Positions 30,825-42,252 of a DNA stretch of 64,000 nt are shown here, piece by piece. The notes under the pieces were generated by a model, which saw nothing but the letters and a program-made list of their open reading frames with translations, had not been told where the DNA came from and did not search any database. The translations under genes were made by a program, and so were the position numbers. The stretch is from Escherichia coli (GTDB lineage Bacteria; Pseudomonadota; Gammaproteobacteria; Enterobacterales; Enterobacteriaceae): assembly GCF_022846255.1 (NCBI RefSeq), contig NZ_AP025682.1, one strand, 5' to 3'. Position 1 is the first letter of the stretch; the number at the start of each line of letters is the position of its first letter.

Positions 30825-32792
30825 ATGTCTGTTCGCCATATTTTTGCTGACGAAAGTCGCGATATCTACACCGTCAGAACCCACGCAGATGGCCCTGACG
30901 GAGAACTGCCTCTGACGGCGGAAATGCTCATCAACCGCCCGAGTGGGGATCTGTTCGGGATGACCATGAATGCCGGAATGGGCTGGTCTCCGGACGAGCT
31001 GGATCGGGACTGTATTCTACTGCTCAGCACACTGGGAGGGGTACGCGGGGCAGACGGTAAGCCCATCGCGCTGGCGTTGCATCAGGGCCACTACGAGCTG
31101 GATATCCAGATGAAAGCGGCTGCGGAGGTAATCAAAGCGAACCGTGTCCTGCCCTATGCCGTCTATGTTTCCGATCCGTGCGACGGACGAACTCAGGGTA
31201 CGACGGGTATGTTTGACTCGCTACCGTACCGTAATGACGCCGCCATGGTGATGCGTCGTCTTATCCGCTCTCTGCCCGATGCAAAAGCCGTCATAGGCGT
31301 GGCGAGCTGCGACAAGGGACTTCCGGCCACCATGATGGCGCTTGCCGCGCAGCATAACAAAGCGACGGTGCTGGTGCCCGGTGGCGCGACTCTACCCGCA
31401 GGGGATGGGGAAGATAACGGCAAGGTGCAGACCATCGGTGCCCGCTTCGCCAATGGCGAGTTATCACTACATGATGCCCGCCGTGCGGGTTGTAAAGCCT
31501 GTGCCTCCTCCGGCGGCGGCTGCCAATTTCTGGGCACCGCCGGGACATCACAGGTAGTAGCTGAAGGATTAGGACTGGCTATCCCGCACTCAGCACTGGC
31601 CCCATCCGGCGAACCGGTGTGGCAGGAGATAGCCAGAGCCTCCGCGAAGGCGGCGTTGAACTTATGTAAACAAGGCATCACCACCCGGGAAATACTTACC
31701 GATAAAGCGATTGAGAATGCGATGACGGTCCATGCGGCGTTCGGTGGTTCAACAAATCTGTTGCTGCATATTCCGGCGATTGCCCATCAGGCCGGCTGCC
31801 ATATTCCAACCGTTGACGACTGGATCCGCATCAACAAGCGGGTGCCCCGACTGGTAAGCGTACTCCCCAATGGTCCGGTTTATCACCCGACAGTGAATGC
31901 CTTCATGGCGGGAGGTGTGCCGGAGGTGATGCTGCATCTTCGTAGTCTGGGATTGCTGCATGAAGACGTGATGACGGTCACCGGCAGCACGCTGAAAGAA
32001 AACCTGGACTGGTGGGAGCATTCCGAACGGCGTCAGCGGTTCAAACAGCTTCTGCGCGAACAGGAGCAGATCGATGCCGACGAGGTGATCATGTCGCCAC
32101 AGCGGGCACGGGAGCGCGGCCTGACCTCAACGATCACTTTCCCGGTGGGCAATATTGCCCCGGAAGGGTCGGTTATCAAATCCACCGCCATCGATCCCTC
32201 GGTGATTGATGATCGGGGCATCTATTACCATAAAGGCGTGGCGAAGGTTTATCTGTCCGAGAAAAGCGCGATTTACGATATCAAGCACGAGAAGATTAAA
32301 GCGGGCGATATTCTGGTCATCATCGGCGTTGGCCCTTCCGGCACCGGGATGGAGGAAACCTACCAGGTCACCAGCGCCCTGAAACATCTGTCCTATGGCA
32401 AGCATGTTTCACTGATCACCGATGCGCGTTTCTCGGGTGTTTCCACGGGAGCCTGTATCGGCCACACAGGGCCAGAAGCACTGGCCGGAGGGCCAATCGG
32501 TAAATTACGCACCGGAGATATTATTGAAATTAAAATTGATTGTCGCGAGCTTCAGGGCGAAGTCAATTTCCTCGGAACCCGTAACGATGAAACATTACCC
32601 TCACGGGAGGAGGCCACCGCAATATTAAACGCCCGACCCAGTCATCAGGATTTACTTCCTGATCCTGAACTGCCAGATGATACCCGACTCTGGGCGATGC
32701 TCCAGGCGGTAAGCGGCGGGACATGGACGGGTTGTATTTATGATGTAAATAAAATCCGCACGGCCTTGCGCGATTATATGAATAAAAACTGA
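30825..32792 (+). CDS. yjhG: IlvD/EDD-family dehydratase (D-xylonate dehydratase YjhG-like)
   Basis: Start ATG 30825 (MSVRHIFADE...) with SD GAGGAGAG; ~655 aa; IlvD/EDD signature with Cys-rich cluster (CDGRTQG, SCDKGLPA). Confidence 0.85.
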   Translation: MSVRHIFADESRDIYTVRTHADGPDGELPLTAEMLINRPSGDLFGMTMNAGMGWSPDELDRDCILLLSTLGGVRGADGKPIALALHQGHYELDIQMKAAAEVIKANRVLPYAVYVSDPCDGRTQGTTGMFDSLPYRNDAAMVMRRLIRSLPDAKAVIGVASCDKGLPATMMALAAQHNKATVLVPGGATLPAGDGEDNGKVQTIGARFANGELSLHDARRAGCKACASSGGGCQFLGTAGTSQVVAEGLGLAIPHSALAPSGEPVWQEIARASAKAALNLCKQGITTREILTDKAIENAMTVHAAFGGSTNLLLHIPAIAHQAGCHIPTVDDWIRINKRVPRLVSVLPNGPVYHPTVNAFMAGGVPEVMLHLRSLGLLHEDVMTVTGSTLKENLDWWEHSERRQRFKQLLREQEQIDADEVIMSPQRARERGLTSTITFPVGNIAPEGSVIKSTAIDPSVIDDRGIYYHKGVAKVYLSEKSAIYDIKHEKIKAGDILVIIGVGPSGTGMEETYQVTSALKHLSYGKHVSLITDARFSGVSTGACIGHTGPEALAGGPIGKLRTGDIIEIKIDCRELQGEVNFLGTRNDETLPSREEATAILNARPSHQDLLPDPELPDDTRLWAMLQAVSGGTWTGCIYDVNKIRTALRDYMNKN

Positions 32793-32898
32793 AAGCAAAA
32801 ATAAAAATATCCAGACGCCTGAATTATCCGGTTACGCATTATTCATCCTGTGCGCAGCCGGATAATGACGGCTCGTTACCCTATAATGAGAGGACGTT

Positions 32899-34248
32899 AT
32901 GCCACTAATTATCGTTGTGGCAGGGATTGCTTTACTCCTGCTTTTAACCATAAAAATTAAGCTTAATACGTTTGTTTCGTTAATTATTGTCTCGATTGCT
33001 GTCGCCATCGCCAGTGGTATGGATTTGAGTAAAGTCGTCACCTCAGTCGAATCCGGACTTGGCGGTACGCTGGGCCATATTGGTTTGATATTTGGCTTCG
33101 GTGTTATGCTCGGTCGCTTGCTGGCCGATGCGGGGGGGGCGCAGCGAATAGCGCTGACCATGCTGAATTATTTCGGGAAAAATAAACTTGACTGGGCAGT
33201 GGTCTGTTCGGCGTTTATTGTCGGTATCGCACTTTTTTTCGAAGTCGGTTTAATTCTTCTGGTACCTATTTTATTCGCTATTGCCCGTGAAGCAAAAATA
33301 TCACCGATGTTTATGTGTGTGCCGATGCTTTCCGGTTTGCTGGTCGCACACGGTTTTTTGCCGCCGCACCCCGGCCCGACAGTAATCGCCAGAGAATATG
33401 GTGCTGATGTAGGATTGGTACTGATATACGGTATCATTGTCGGCATTCCAACCTTTATTCTTTGCGGCCCGGTATTGAATAAATTCTGCCAGCGCATTAT
33501 TCCGGAAGCCTTTAAAAAAGAGGGGAATATAGCCTCTCTCGGCGCGACCCGCCGGTTCAGCGAAAGCGAAATGCCTGGCTTTGGGATCAGTTTTCTCACG
33601 GCAATGCTGCCGGTGATCCTGATGGCGGTTGTCACCATCATCCAGATGACTCATGCCAAAAGTGCCGCGGATTCAGGCTTATTCTACAACGTGCTACTGT
33701 TCTTAGGTAATTCGACGATCGCCATGCTGATTTCACTGCTGTTCGCGATCTATACCATGGGCCTGGGGCGCGGGAAAACAATCCCTGACCTGATGGATTC
33801 TTGCGGAAAAGCTATCGCGGGTATTGCCGGTCTGCTGCTGATTATCGGTGGTGGTGGTGCATTCAAGCAAGTTCTCATCGACTCTGGCGTTGGTCAGTAT
33901 ATTTCCACCCTGGTTTCGGGTATGGATATTAACCCGATCCTGATGGCCTGGGGCGTGGCCGCATTCCTGCGTATTTGTCTGGGTTCAGCCACCGTCGCGG
34001 CGATCTCTACCGCCGGTCTGGTCATCCCATTGTTGGCAGTACATCCCAATACCAACCTGGCCTTGATTACGCTGGCTACCGGTGCCGGATCCTGTATTTG
34101 TTCTCACGTTAACGATGCCAGTTTCTGGATGATTAAAGACTTTTTTGGCCTGACCACCAAAGAAACGCTGTTATCCTGGACGCTGATGTCCACACTCTTA
34201 TCCATCAGTGGGCTGATTTTTATTCTGCTCACCAGCTTAGTTTTATAA
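32899..34248 (+). CDS. yjhF: GntP-family permease (YjhF-like)
   Basis: 449-aa polytopic ORF; SD GAGAGGA; GntP motifs ([20 protein letters not shown]). Confidence 0.85.
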   Translation: MPLIIVVAGIALLLLLTIKIKLNTFVSLIIVSIAVAIASGMDLSKVVTSVESGLGGTLGHIGLIFGFGVMLGRLLADAGGAQRIALTMLNYFGKNKLDWAVVCSAFIVGIALFFEVGLILLVPILFAIAREAKISPMFMCVPMLSGLLVAHGFLPPHPGPTVIAREYGADVGLVLIYGIIVGIPTFILCGPVLNKFCQRIIPEAFKKEGNIASLGATRRFSESEMPGFGISFLTAMLPVILMAVVTIIQMTHAKSAADSGLFYNVLLFLGNSTIAMLISLLFAIYTMGLGRGKTIPDLMDSCGKAIAGIAGLLLIIGGGGAFKQVLIDSGVGQYISTLVSGMDINPILMAWGVAAFLRICLGSATVAAISTAGLVIPLLAVHPNTNLALITLATGAGSCICSHVNDASFWMIKDFFGLTTKETLLSWTLMSTLLSISGLIFILLTSLVL

Positions 34249-34397
34249 TCGGGTTCTTGCCAGTGAGCCAACCTGTTGTTCACTGTCCCCCATAATTTAG
34301 TGAGTGACGGCAACCGTCTGCACGGTGACGAATCGCTGGCGATCAAAAAGGGGCGATATTGAACCGTCGATTATGCTTGTTGAGTGTACTCTCAGTA

Positions 34398-34436
34398 ATA
34401 CTGTAAAGCCGGAGCATGTCTCCGGCTTTACAGTAT
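34398..34436. repeat. perfect 16-17-bp inverted repeat TACTGTAAAGCCGGAG-CATGT-CTCCGGCTTTACAGTA
   Basis: Seen directly; no U-tract on either strand, so not a canonical terminator; lies between yjhF and the SorC regulator gene. Confidence 0.9.
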
Positions 34437-34594
34437 GGGGGAACAGCGGGCGATCGCTCAAATGGTATGCTGGTTTATTTCATGTAAAAGAATAAAATAT
34501 CTGTATAAAATCATGCCACTGGCAATCTGCATCAACTCTCCGGGTAAACAGGGTTAAGATGAGCATTTCCCCGGTTTAATACAGGTATACAAAA

Positions 34595-35581
34595 GTGGAT
34601 AGAGATCAAACAAACAGCAGCCTGTTCAATGATGATCCCGTGCTTCATGCAACATGGCTGTACTATCAGGAAGGCAAAAGCCAGACTGAAGTTGCAGCTA
34701 TCATGGGGGTGTCCCGCGTCACGGTTGTCAAATACCTGCAAACAGCCCGGGAAAATGGACTGGTTCATATCAACCTGGATGTGAATGTCTTTGGCTCTAT
34801 CGACGCTGCTTTGCAAATTCGCGATAAATTCAATCTCCTGAGAGTGATCATCGTGCCGGATGGCGAACATGCCGGAAAACGTGATGATACAAAGCTGATG
34901 CGGACTCGCCTTTCACGTGCCGGTGGCATGTATCTGAATCAGGTGATTGAGAATGGTGATGTGCTGGGGGTTGCCTGGGGAAGAACAATCCATCAGATGA
35001 GCAAAACCATGACGCCGAAGTCATGTAAAAATGTCACCGTTATACAGATGCTCGGTTCCATGCCATCTCAGCCAGACCTGACGATCATTGAATCCTCATC
35101 GCAAATCGCCTACAAGCTTTCAGGCCGTGTCGCTTCGCTGCACGTGCCCGCCGTGGTATCAAGCGCCAGACTGGCCATGGAGTTACAGGCAGAGCCTATT
35201 ATTCGATCGAATTTTGACGTTCTGACTCGCTGTACGAAAGCCTTTTTTGTCGTGGGTAACACGCTTGATGAAAATCCCCTGATTCGGGTGGGCGTGCTGA
35301 ATAAGAAGGAAATGCAGACGTATCGAGATTTAGGCGCAGTAGGTGTCATTTGTGGCCGCTTCTATGACAAGGAAGGGATGCCCGTCGTGGCTGATGTTGA
35401 CCAGCGTATTCTGGGAATCAGTCTGGCTCAGTTAAGGCAGATTGAACGGAAGATCTTTCTTGCTGGTGGCGAAAGAGGCTATGACGCAACGTTGGGTGCC
35501 CTGCTGGGAGGATATGTCACTGACCTGATTGTTGATGAAGGAACGGCAGAGTTTTTGCTGGCGTGTGAATTACCACACTAA
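34595..35581 (+). CDS. SorC/DeoR-family sugar-binding transcriptional regulator
   Basis: 328-aa ORF (GTG start per track); N-terminal HTH (LYYQEGKSQTEVAAIMGVSRVTVVKYL) plus sugar-phosphate-binding domain; convergent with the mtnK operon. Confidence 0.7.
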   Translation: MDRDQTNSSLFNDDPVLHATWLYYQEGKSQTEVAAIMGVSRVTVVKYLQTARENGLVHINLDVNVFGSIDAALQIRDKFNLLRVIIVPDGEHAGKRDDTKLMRTRLSRAGGMYLNQVIENGDVLGVAWGRTIHQMSKTMTPKSCKNVTVIQMLGSMPSQPDLTIIESSSQIAYKLSGRVASLHVPAVVSSARLAMELQAEPIIRSNFDVLTRCTKAFFVVGNTLDENPLIRVGVLNKKEMQTYRDLGAVGVICGRFYDKEGMPVVADVDQRILGISLAQLRQIERKIFLAGGERGYDATLGALLGGYVTDLIVDEGTAEFLLACELPH

Positions 35582-35593
35582 AAGAATGAACTA

Positions 35594-35625
35594 CTGCCCC
35601 ATGTGGATATGGGGCAGGATTTTAT
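35594..35625. terminator. bidirectional rho-independent terminator
   Basis: Stem CTGCCCCAT / ATGGGGCAG with 6-nt loop, followed by GATTTTATT; sits between convergent genes. Confidence 0.6.
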
Positions 35626-36626
35626 TGATTAGCGGCGATAATAAGAACAATACCCACAATGTATGAAATAAACATAGTCAGCAGCAGTTTATTGGTTCCG
35701 GCTGGCGCACTGGCAAATTCTCTCCAGATGAAGACTCCCCAGATCACGGCAATCATTGTGGCACCCTGTCCCAGACCGTAGGAAATGGCATAACCCGCCT
35801 GACCAGACGCAATCAAACTGAATGCCAGACCGACACACCAAATCATACCGCCCAGCCAGCCGCAAACATGATCCCGTAAACTCCCGGAAAAATACATTTT
35901 CCTGTTGACAGGTTCTCCTGAAATAGGCTTTTTCATGACCAGCGTGTTAAGGACAAAGTTCGACAAAAACAGCCCCACGGCAAACAGAACAAGTGCTGAG
36001 TACGGCGTCATCAGACCGCTGGCAGGCTGGCTGAAATTGTCAGACATGGAGTCCGCCAGGAAGCGGAAAAACCATCCCATGATGATACCCGCAAGAATGG
36101 CAGTGATGAGGCCTTTGTTACGGCGAGATTTATCCGCCTCCTGCGTGACACGGCCATAGGCTATCGCGGTAAAAATAATGGCGATCACAACGCAGGCGAC
36201 ACCGAGGAACAGAATGAGCGGATCGCCCTGCGGATTGCCGATATAGGTGGTGATCACACCCAGAGCCAGTGCCAGCCCCACCCCCACAGGAAAAGCTACC
36301 GCCATACCGGCAAGATTAATAGAAGCCACCAGAAGAATATTGGAAATATTGAAGATAATCCCTGCCAGTATTGCCGACATCAGACTACTGTTGCTCGCCT
36401 GCTGAATATCAGGTATAAAGCTGCGACCGGCTTCGCCCATAGAACCCAGAGTGAAGGCAAATAACAAAGAACACAGCAATAATCCAATTGAATAATCCCA
36501 ATAGAATAGAGGGAACTCCCATTTTTTATTACTGACAAGTTTAGTTGTATTCGCCCATGAACCCCAGCAAATCATAGTAATAAAACACATTATTATGGCG
36601 ACAGCATACGATTCCACGATAAACAT
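35622..36626 (-). CDS. sugar transporter (DMT/GRP-type, RhaT-like fold)
   Basis: 334-aa polytopic ORF; SD AAGGAG; last gene of the minus-strand mtnK operon. Confidence 0.55.
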   Translation of the reverse strand: MFIVESYAVAIIMCFITMICWGSWANTTKLVSNKKWEFPLFYWDYSIGLLLCSLLFAFTLGSMGEAGRSFIPDIQQASNSSLMSAILAGIIFNISNILLVASINLAGMAVAFPVGVGLALALGVITTYIGNPQGDPLILFLGVACVVIAIIFTAIAYGRVTQEADKSRRNKGLITAILAGIIMGWFFRFLADSMSDNFSQPASGLMTPYSALVLFAVGLFLSNFVLNTLVMKKPISGEPVNRKMYFSGSLRDHVCGWLGGMIWCVGLAFSLIASGQAGYAISYGLGQGATMIAVIWGVFIWREFASAPAGTNKLLLTMFISYIVGIVLIIAANQ

Positions 36627-36729
36627 AAATAACTCCTTGTGGTAGTTATAATCAATCGTTGTGGACAGAGGGCATAACAGCCATTCCTCGAATGGCTGTT
36701 ATATGTTATTAATTAAAATAAAGCTGTAA

Positions 36730-37371
36730 TTACGCTTTCAAACCATACGTTTTGAATTTTTCAAGAACGATGGTCATTTCGGCTTCAGACAGAACGGGAA
36801 CATCGTGATGTAATCCGCCACATTTGATGTATAAATCAGCCAGCGTCTCAGTTTCACCCGCCAGCCACAACGTCTTTTCCAGCGTGACGTCCATGGCCAG
36901 CATACCGTGGTGCTGCATCAGCAAGGACTTACTTTCTCTGATTCCTTGAGATACACTGTCGGCCAGTTCAGGGCTGCCAAAGGTATAATAGGGAATACAG
37001 GGAATATGATCCGTCCCCGATACCGCCACCATATAATGAATAGCCGGAATTGAATGATTATGTATTGCCACCGCCGTGGAATTCACCGCATGCGTATGTA
37101 TGACAGCATTCAATTCTGGTCTGGCTTTATAACACGCCAGATGAAATAGCCATTCACTTGATGGTATTTTACCCGCTTCAGGTATTCCCTTATCGTCTAC
37201 AAAGACAATCATGTCCGGCGTCATCTTTGAATAAGCGATCCCACTCGGTGTAATCAACATGCCACCGGTATATCTGGCACTCACATTACCTGATGTTCCT
37301 TGATTCAGACCTGACGCATTCATTTCCCGACAAATGGAAATGATATTTTCTGCTAACTTAATCCTTTCCAT
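36730..37371 (-). CDS. class II aldolase/adducin-family protein (MtnB-like; DHAP-shunt aldolase candidate)
   Basis: 213-aa ORF; SD AAGGAG; class II aldolase metal-binding His pattern (HTHAVNSTAVAIHNH...). Confidence 0.8.
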   Translation of the reverse strand: MERIKLAENIISICREMNASGLNQGTSGNVSARYTGGMLITPSGIAYSKMTPDMIVFVDDKGIPEAGKIPSSEWLFHLACYKARPELNAVIHTHAVNSTAVAIHNHSIPAIHYMVAVSGTDHIPCIPYYTFGSPELADSVSQGIRESKSLLMQHHGMLAMDVTLEKTLWLAGETETLADLYIKCGGLHHDVPVLSEAEMTIVLEKFKTYGLKA

Positions 37372-37401
37372 TACTGCTCCTTAACAGAAGTGATCGTCGT
37401 T

Positions 37402-38517
37402 TTAATGCAGCTCGTCCTGGAGTGCTTTACTCTTCAGGTCAGCAAACATATCCGCCAGAGCTGACTTACTGGCAGCACAGACTCCCCGTTCAGTAATGAG
37501 GCCGGTAATGTATCGGGCAGGCGTGACGTCGAAAGCGTAGTTCTCACAACGGGTTCCTTCAGGGGCGGTATTGACCCAGCTCAATTCTCCCTGAGTATTT
37601 ATCCCATAGACATGGGACTGCTCTTTTCCGTCACGTTGCTCAATCGGAATGGTTTTTCCGTCCTCGATAGTCCAGTCAATAGTGGGAGAAGGTAGCGCGA
37701 CGTAGAAGGGAACATGGTTATCATGGGCCGCCAGCGCCTTAAGATAGGTACCAATTTTATTACAGACATCCCCTCTGGCCGTGGTTCGATCGGTCCCCAC
37801 TATACAGAGATCAACGTCACCGTGTTGCATCAGGTGGCCACCCGCATTGTCGGCAATCAGGGTGTGAGGAATACCGTGTGAACCCAGTTCAAATGCCGTG
37901 AGTCCACCCTGATTACGTGGCCGCGTTTCATCCACCCAGACGTGAACAGGGATTCCGTTTTCATGCGCTTTATAGATGGGAGAAAGCGCGGTTCCCCAGT
38001 CTACGGTCGCCAGCCAGCCTGCGTTACAATGTGTCAGGATATTGACCACACTCCCGGCCGATTTTTTCTGGGCTATTTCGCGGATGACTTCTGCACCATG
38101 TAATCCAATTTGTTCGCACAACGCGACATCTTCCTCGGCAATTTCTGCCGCCAGCGCCCAGGCCACATCCTTGCGCTCTGATACACAGAGATCCTTCAGT
38201 GTGGCTATCATCCTGTCGAGAGCCCATTTGAGGTTAATTGCAGTTGGTCGGGTTTTGATAAGAAGGTCATAGTAACGCTGCAGACCTACGTCACTGGCAT
38301 TGTGGTTCATTCCCAGTGCGATACCATATGCCGCAACGACACCAATAAGCGGGGCGCCACGAACCCACATCTCCTGAATAGCCGCAGCGGCCATTTCCGC
38401 AGAGGTAAGCGCCACCACTTCAAACTTAAAAGGCAGCTTAGTCTGATCGATGATCTCTACCGCTTTTCCATCCCCGGAAACCCAGACCGTTCGGTAGTGT
38501 TTACCTTTAATATTCAT
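37402..38517 (-). CDS. mtnA: 5-methylthioribose-1-phosphate isomerase family (MtnA-like)
   Basis: 371-aa ORF; SD AAGAGG; eIF-2B alpha/beta/delta-type isomerase pattern. Confidence 0.85.
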   Translation of the reverse strand: MNIKGKHYRTVWVSGDGKAVEIIDQTKLPFKFEVVALTSAEMAAAAIQEMWVRGAPLIGVVAAYGIALGMNHNASDVGLQRYYDLLIKTRPTAINLKWALDRMIATLKDLCVSERKDVAWALAAEIAEEDVALCEQIGLHGAEVIREIAQKKSAGSVVNILTHCNAGWLATVDWGTALSPIYKAHENGIPVHVWVDETRPRNQGGLTAFELGSHGIPHTLIADNAGGHLMQHGDVDLCIVGTDRTTARGDVCNKIGTYLKALAAHDNHVPFYVALPSPTIDWTIEDGKTIPIEQRDGKEQSHVYGINTQGELSWVNTAPEGTRCENYAFDVTPARYITGLITERGVCAASKSALADMFADLKSKALQDELH

Positions 38518-38526
38518 AATGACCTC

Positions 38527-39786
38527 TTACTTAACCTTCGCAGACTGGATGACGGAGTCCATATTTTTAAACTGGCGGGCATTGACAATAAGATCGCGCG
38601 CCATGGTCAATGCACGTCGTTCACATTCTGCGCGAAGCTCTGTATTTTCAATCTGTTTCAGCTCGGCAACGCCAGCAAAACCAATGATCCGGCGATTCAT
38701 TTCCATGCCGGCATTCACCAGGGAATCTTCAAGCAGCGTGGCAAAAAACTGATCCTGTGCGTCCTCAAGAGCGGCCCTGTTCTGTTGATACATTTCTGTC
38801 GGCCACGCGTCACCCTGTGTTTTGTTGTCCCAGAGCTGGCGGAACTCCCGGGTGAAAACTGACCAGGTGTGGACAATCTGCTGAAGTAGCCATTCCTGAT
38901 AGTCAGCGCGACGTTGCTCATTTGCATCCCACCCAGGGCGTGAGAAGAACGCCAGCAGGAGGTTGCCAATATAGTTGCCGATATCAAACGCCATTGGTCC
39001 CATGAAACCGAACTCCGGATCAATCACTTTGGTATCCGTGTCGGTCACCATGATTGAGCCTGAATGAAGGTCACCATGTAACAATGCCTGCGCTTCTGTC
39101 ATAAATTTGTACTTATAACGCATGGCAACCTGGAGCATCTCTACATCAGCCCAGGCCTTATGGACGGCATCGTCCAGCTCAGGAGAAGTCCAGTTATTCC
39201 GTTCCGCGTTGTAATAGGGCTCTGTGAAGATCAGATCTTCCGTAATTTTGCACAGCTCATGATTCAACGCGAACTCAGCAGTAAGCGCTTTTTTCTGTTC
39301 TGCTGACATGCCAATGTCAGACGTATTAAAGAGAGTCTGTGCTAAAAATCTGCCGATATCTTCAGCTAGCTTAGGGAATTTTTTACCGTTAATCAGTCCC
39401 TTACGCAGAATTACGTGAGGCGTCAAATACTCCATGGCAAACAGTGCCATTTCCGGGTCATAAAAATAGACCTGGGGAATCAGTGTGTGACCCGCGTACT
39501 TGGCTTCCTGACATAAGACGTTGTACTCAAAGCCCGCACGGCTCAGAGATAAAGGCCATCCTTCGCCCCCTGCACGAAGCCAGGGCAGAGCTTGTTTTAC
39601 AATGATGGTTTTATGTGTCCCCTTAACGATAAACACCATGTTCAGGTTTCCGTCCCCCACTTCTGAAACTTTCCACTCTTCTGGTAACCCTCCCGGTTCG
39701 CATGAAGGGGTCAGTCTGGACGAGAGATAACCAGGCAGCGTGTCACATGTCAGCGGCTTGTAACCTGATGGAATTGAATCCGTCAT
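38527..39786 (-). CDS. mtnK: 5-methylthioribose kinase family (MtnK-like)
   Basis: 419-aa ORF; SD AAGGAG; aminoglycoside-phosphotransferase-like kinase with MtnK pattern (EVGDGNLNMVF...IVKQALPW...HGDLHSGSIMV...KVIDPEFGFMGP). Confidence 0.85.
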   Translation of the reverse strand: MTDSIPSGYKPLTCDTLPGYLSSRLTPSCEPGGLPEEWKVSEVGDGNLNMVFIVKGTHKTIIVKQALPWLRAGGEGWPLSLSRAGFEYNVLCQEAKYAGHTLIPQVYFYDPEMALFAMEYLTPHVILRKGLINGKKFPKLAEDIGRFLAQTLFNTSDIGMSAEQKKALTAEFALNHELCKITEDLIFTEPYYNAERNNWTSPELDDAVHKAWADVEMLQVAMRYKYKFMTEAQALLHGDLHSGSIMVTDTDTKVIDPEFGFMGPMAFDIGNYIGNLLLAFFSRPGWDANEQRRADYQEWLLQQIVHTWSVFTREFRQLWDNKTQGDAWPTEMYQQNRAALEDAQDQFFATLLEDSLVNAGMEMNRRIIGFAGVAELKQIENTELRAECERRALTMARDLIVNARQFKNMDSVIQSAKVK

Positions 39787-40300
39787 AACAGTTCTCCTTA
39801 TCTACACAGAATGATAACTGACTTATCATATGGCAACTATACTTTATCATGTGTAAAGTAATTTGTGATGCATGTAGATTTTTTGAACTGGAGAAAATTA
39901 AAAATAATGTTGTATGGAGTCATGATCTTTACAGGAATTAGTAGGGTGCATTCCTGTTATTTATATAAAATTCATTGTATTACATAAAAATGACGGTGCT
40001 GCGCGGGGAATTGTCTCGGGCAATCTTAGACGAAAGGAAGTATTGAAGTGACAGAATAATCTACATTTTTTATACATGTGTATTTTTCTGTTGTCTTTTG
40101 TTTTTAGCGTATGGTGTTTTTATGCCGATGTCTAATAGACAGATAGATTCGAGGGCCAACAGCCCCATTATCATGATGGAGCAACAGAGGTGAGTCTAAC
40201 GTTTCCGTACTTCTTATCGATCGGCACTAACAATCCTTTGTGATAACGGTATTCCCACACAGAGAAACCCACGTACCTGAATAAAAAAAAGATTACTGGT

Positions 40301-40700
40301 GTGGAAATGGGATTAACAGATTATGCCATCAAATCGGATGGTAATGAGGTCAATAATCCTCGTCATCTCATTAACGTCAACTGTAATCTGCGACGCAAAT
40401 TAGCCAGCATGATGAATAATAAACACAATCTGGCAAGAGCGTTAGGTGATGCTGATTGGCACGGCTTTATCAACAAACTGGAGTACAAGGCAGCCGAAAA
40501 AGGCGTTCATCTGGTAAAAATCGACCAGTAGTTTGTCTGTTCGAAAAGCTGCTATTGTTGTGGTTACAAAATGTTGCTTCAAAAACGGATCTGGCGATGC
40601 CCTGAATGCGGTGTTGAACATGACCGGGATATAAATGCGGCAATCAACATAAAACTTAAAGACATACAGGAATTAAAGGCGGCGGGCCCCGTCGTCTCTG
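40301..40700 (+). pseudogene. IS200/IS605-family TnpB (OrfB) remnant with internal deletion and frameshift
   Basis: Two frames encode TnpB-like pieces (...WHGFINKLEYKAAEKGVHLVKIDQ and ...RIWRCPECGVEHDRDINAAINIKLK...); no intact ORF; subterminal hairpins follow. Confidence 0.55.
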
Positions 40701-40984
40701 TCTATGGAGGAGCTGCGTAAACCCGTCGTACAGACGGTTGCAGCCTGAAAAGTGGGAAGGCCTTGCCCGATTGGGCGGGGAGTAGTCACCCTTGGAGTCA
40801 TTTTTATCCGGTGTATTAATATGCTCCTAATAGTTAATCTGGTTATAATATTTTTTTTTTGATTATGATCACGAAAATATCTCGGTTTTTATTTGCAAAA
40901 CTTGAAACGTGAATCCAAAAAAGATAAATATTTGTCCGCAGTGACTTCTTTTCTGTTGAAAAGTTCAATCTAAAGGGCAAAAAA

Positions 40985-42097
40985 ATGAAAAAAATTACAG
41001 TGGCACTTTCTGTGGTTGCGGCATCTGTTCTGATGGCAATGTCTGCACAAGCGGCAGAAATCTATAACAAAGACGGTAACAAACTGGATCTGTACGGCAA
41101 AGTTAATGCAGAGCATTACTTCTCTTCTTCAGCTAGTGATGACGGGGATAAAACTTATGCTCGTATGGGTTTCAAAGGTGAAACTCAGATTAATGACCAG
41201 TTAACCGGTTTTGGTCAGTGGGAGTACGAATTTAAAGGTAACCGTACTGAAACTGAAGGTTCTGATAAAGATAAAACTCGTCTTGCGTTTGCAGGGCTTC
41301 GCTTTGGCGATTATGGTTCGCTCGACTATGGTCGCAACTACGGTGTAGCTTATGATGTTGGCGCTTGGACTGACGTGCTGCCGGAGTTTGGTGGAGATAC
41401 CTGGACTCAGACTGATGTATTTATGACCCAGCGTGCTACTGGCGTAGCGACCTATCGTAACAATGATTTCTTCGGCTTGGTTGATGGTCTGAACTTTGCT
41501 TTGCAGTATCAAGGTAAAAATGATAGTGCTGCAAAAGTGAATAACTGGAAAGGCCGTGACGAAGTTGAATCTAATGGTGATGGCTTTGGTCTGTCAGCTA
41601 CTTACGATTATGAGGGATTTGGCGTTGCTGCAACCTATGCAAAATCTGACCGTACTGATGGGCAGGTATCCTATGCTAAAGACAGCCCTCTGAATGCCTC
41701 TGGTAAAACTGCTGAAGTATGGGCTACGGGCCTGAAATATGATGCAAACAACATTTACCTGGCTGCAACTTATTCTGAAACTCAGAATATGACAGTCTTC
41801 GGTGATGACCATATCGCAAACAAAGCGAAAAACTTTGAAGCTGTTGCTCAATACCAGTTTGATTTCGGCTTGCGTCCGTCCATCGCTTACCTACACTCTC
41901 GCGGTGAAAATATTGGTGCGTTCGGTAACCAGGATCTAGTTGAATACATCGACGTAGGTGCGACTTATTACTTCAACAAAAATATGTCCGCTTTCGTTGA
42001 CTACAAGATCAACCTGATTGATGAAAGTGAATTTACCAAAGCATCTGAGGTTGCAACCGACAACATCGTTGCTGTTGGTATGACCTACCAATTCTAA
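40985..42097 (+). CDS. nmpC: general porin, OmpC/OmpF family (NmpC/Lc-like)
   Basis: 370-aa ORF; signal peptide [23 protein letters not shown]; mature N-terminus [17 protein letters not shown] and C-terminal ...YQF typical of enterobacterial 16-strand porins; closest recalled match NmpC/Lc. Confidence 0.85.
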   Translation: MKKITVALSVVAASVLMAMSAQAAEIYNKDGNKLDLYGKVNAEHYFSSSASDDGDKTYARMGFKGETQINDQLTGFGQWEYEFKGNRTETEGSDKDKTRLAFAGLRFGDYGSLDYGRNYGVAYDVGAWTDVLPEFGGDTWTQTDVFMTQRATGVATYRNNDFFGLVDGLNFALQYQGKNDSAAKVNNWKGRDEVESNGDGFGLSATYDYEGFGVAATYAKSDRTDGQVSYAKDSPLNASGKTAEVWATGLKYDANNIYLAATYSETQNMTVFGDDHIANKAKNFEAVAQYQFDFGLRPSIAYLHSRGENIGAFGNQDLVEYIDVGATYYFNKNMSAFVDYKINLIDESEFTKASEVATDNIVAVGMTYQF

Positions 42098-42172
42098 TTT
42101 TGGTAGGTAAGAATATGCGGGAAGGGAGTGATGTCACTGCCCGCATATAGGTGGCACCCTCATGCCACCTTT

Positions 42173-42205
42173 GAAGAGGCAATTTTATTGCCTCTTCTCA
42201 ATTTA
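42173..42205 (+). terminator. putative rho-independent terminator after porin
   Basis: 10-bp stem GAAGAGGCAA / TTGCCTCTTC, 5-nt loop, T-rich tail. Confidence 0.45.
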
Positions 42206-42252
42206 ACTTCATGTTATTTATTACCCTTTTATTGATTTGAAACTCTATTGTT

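Noticed and set aside
31193-31684. 163-aa and 86-aa minus-strand ORFs and other small ORFs inside yjhG
   Set aside because: GC-rich shadow ORFs inside a confidently identified dehydratase gene.
38302-38862. 186-aa plus-strand ORF and neighbouring small ORFs
   Set aside because: Antisense to the mtnA/mtnK genes.
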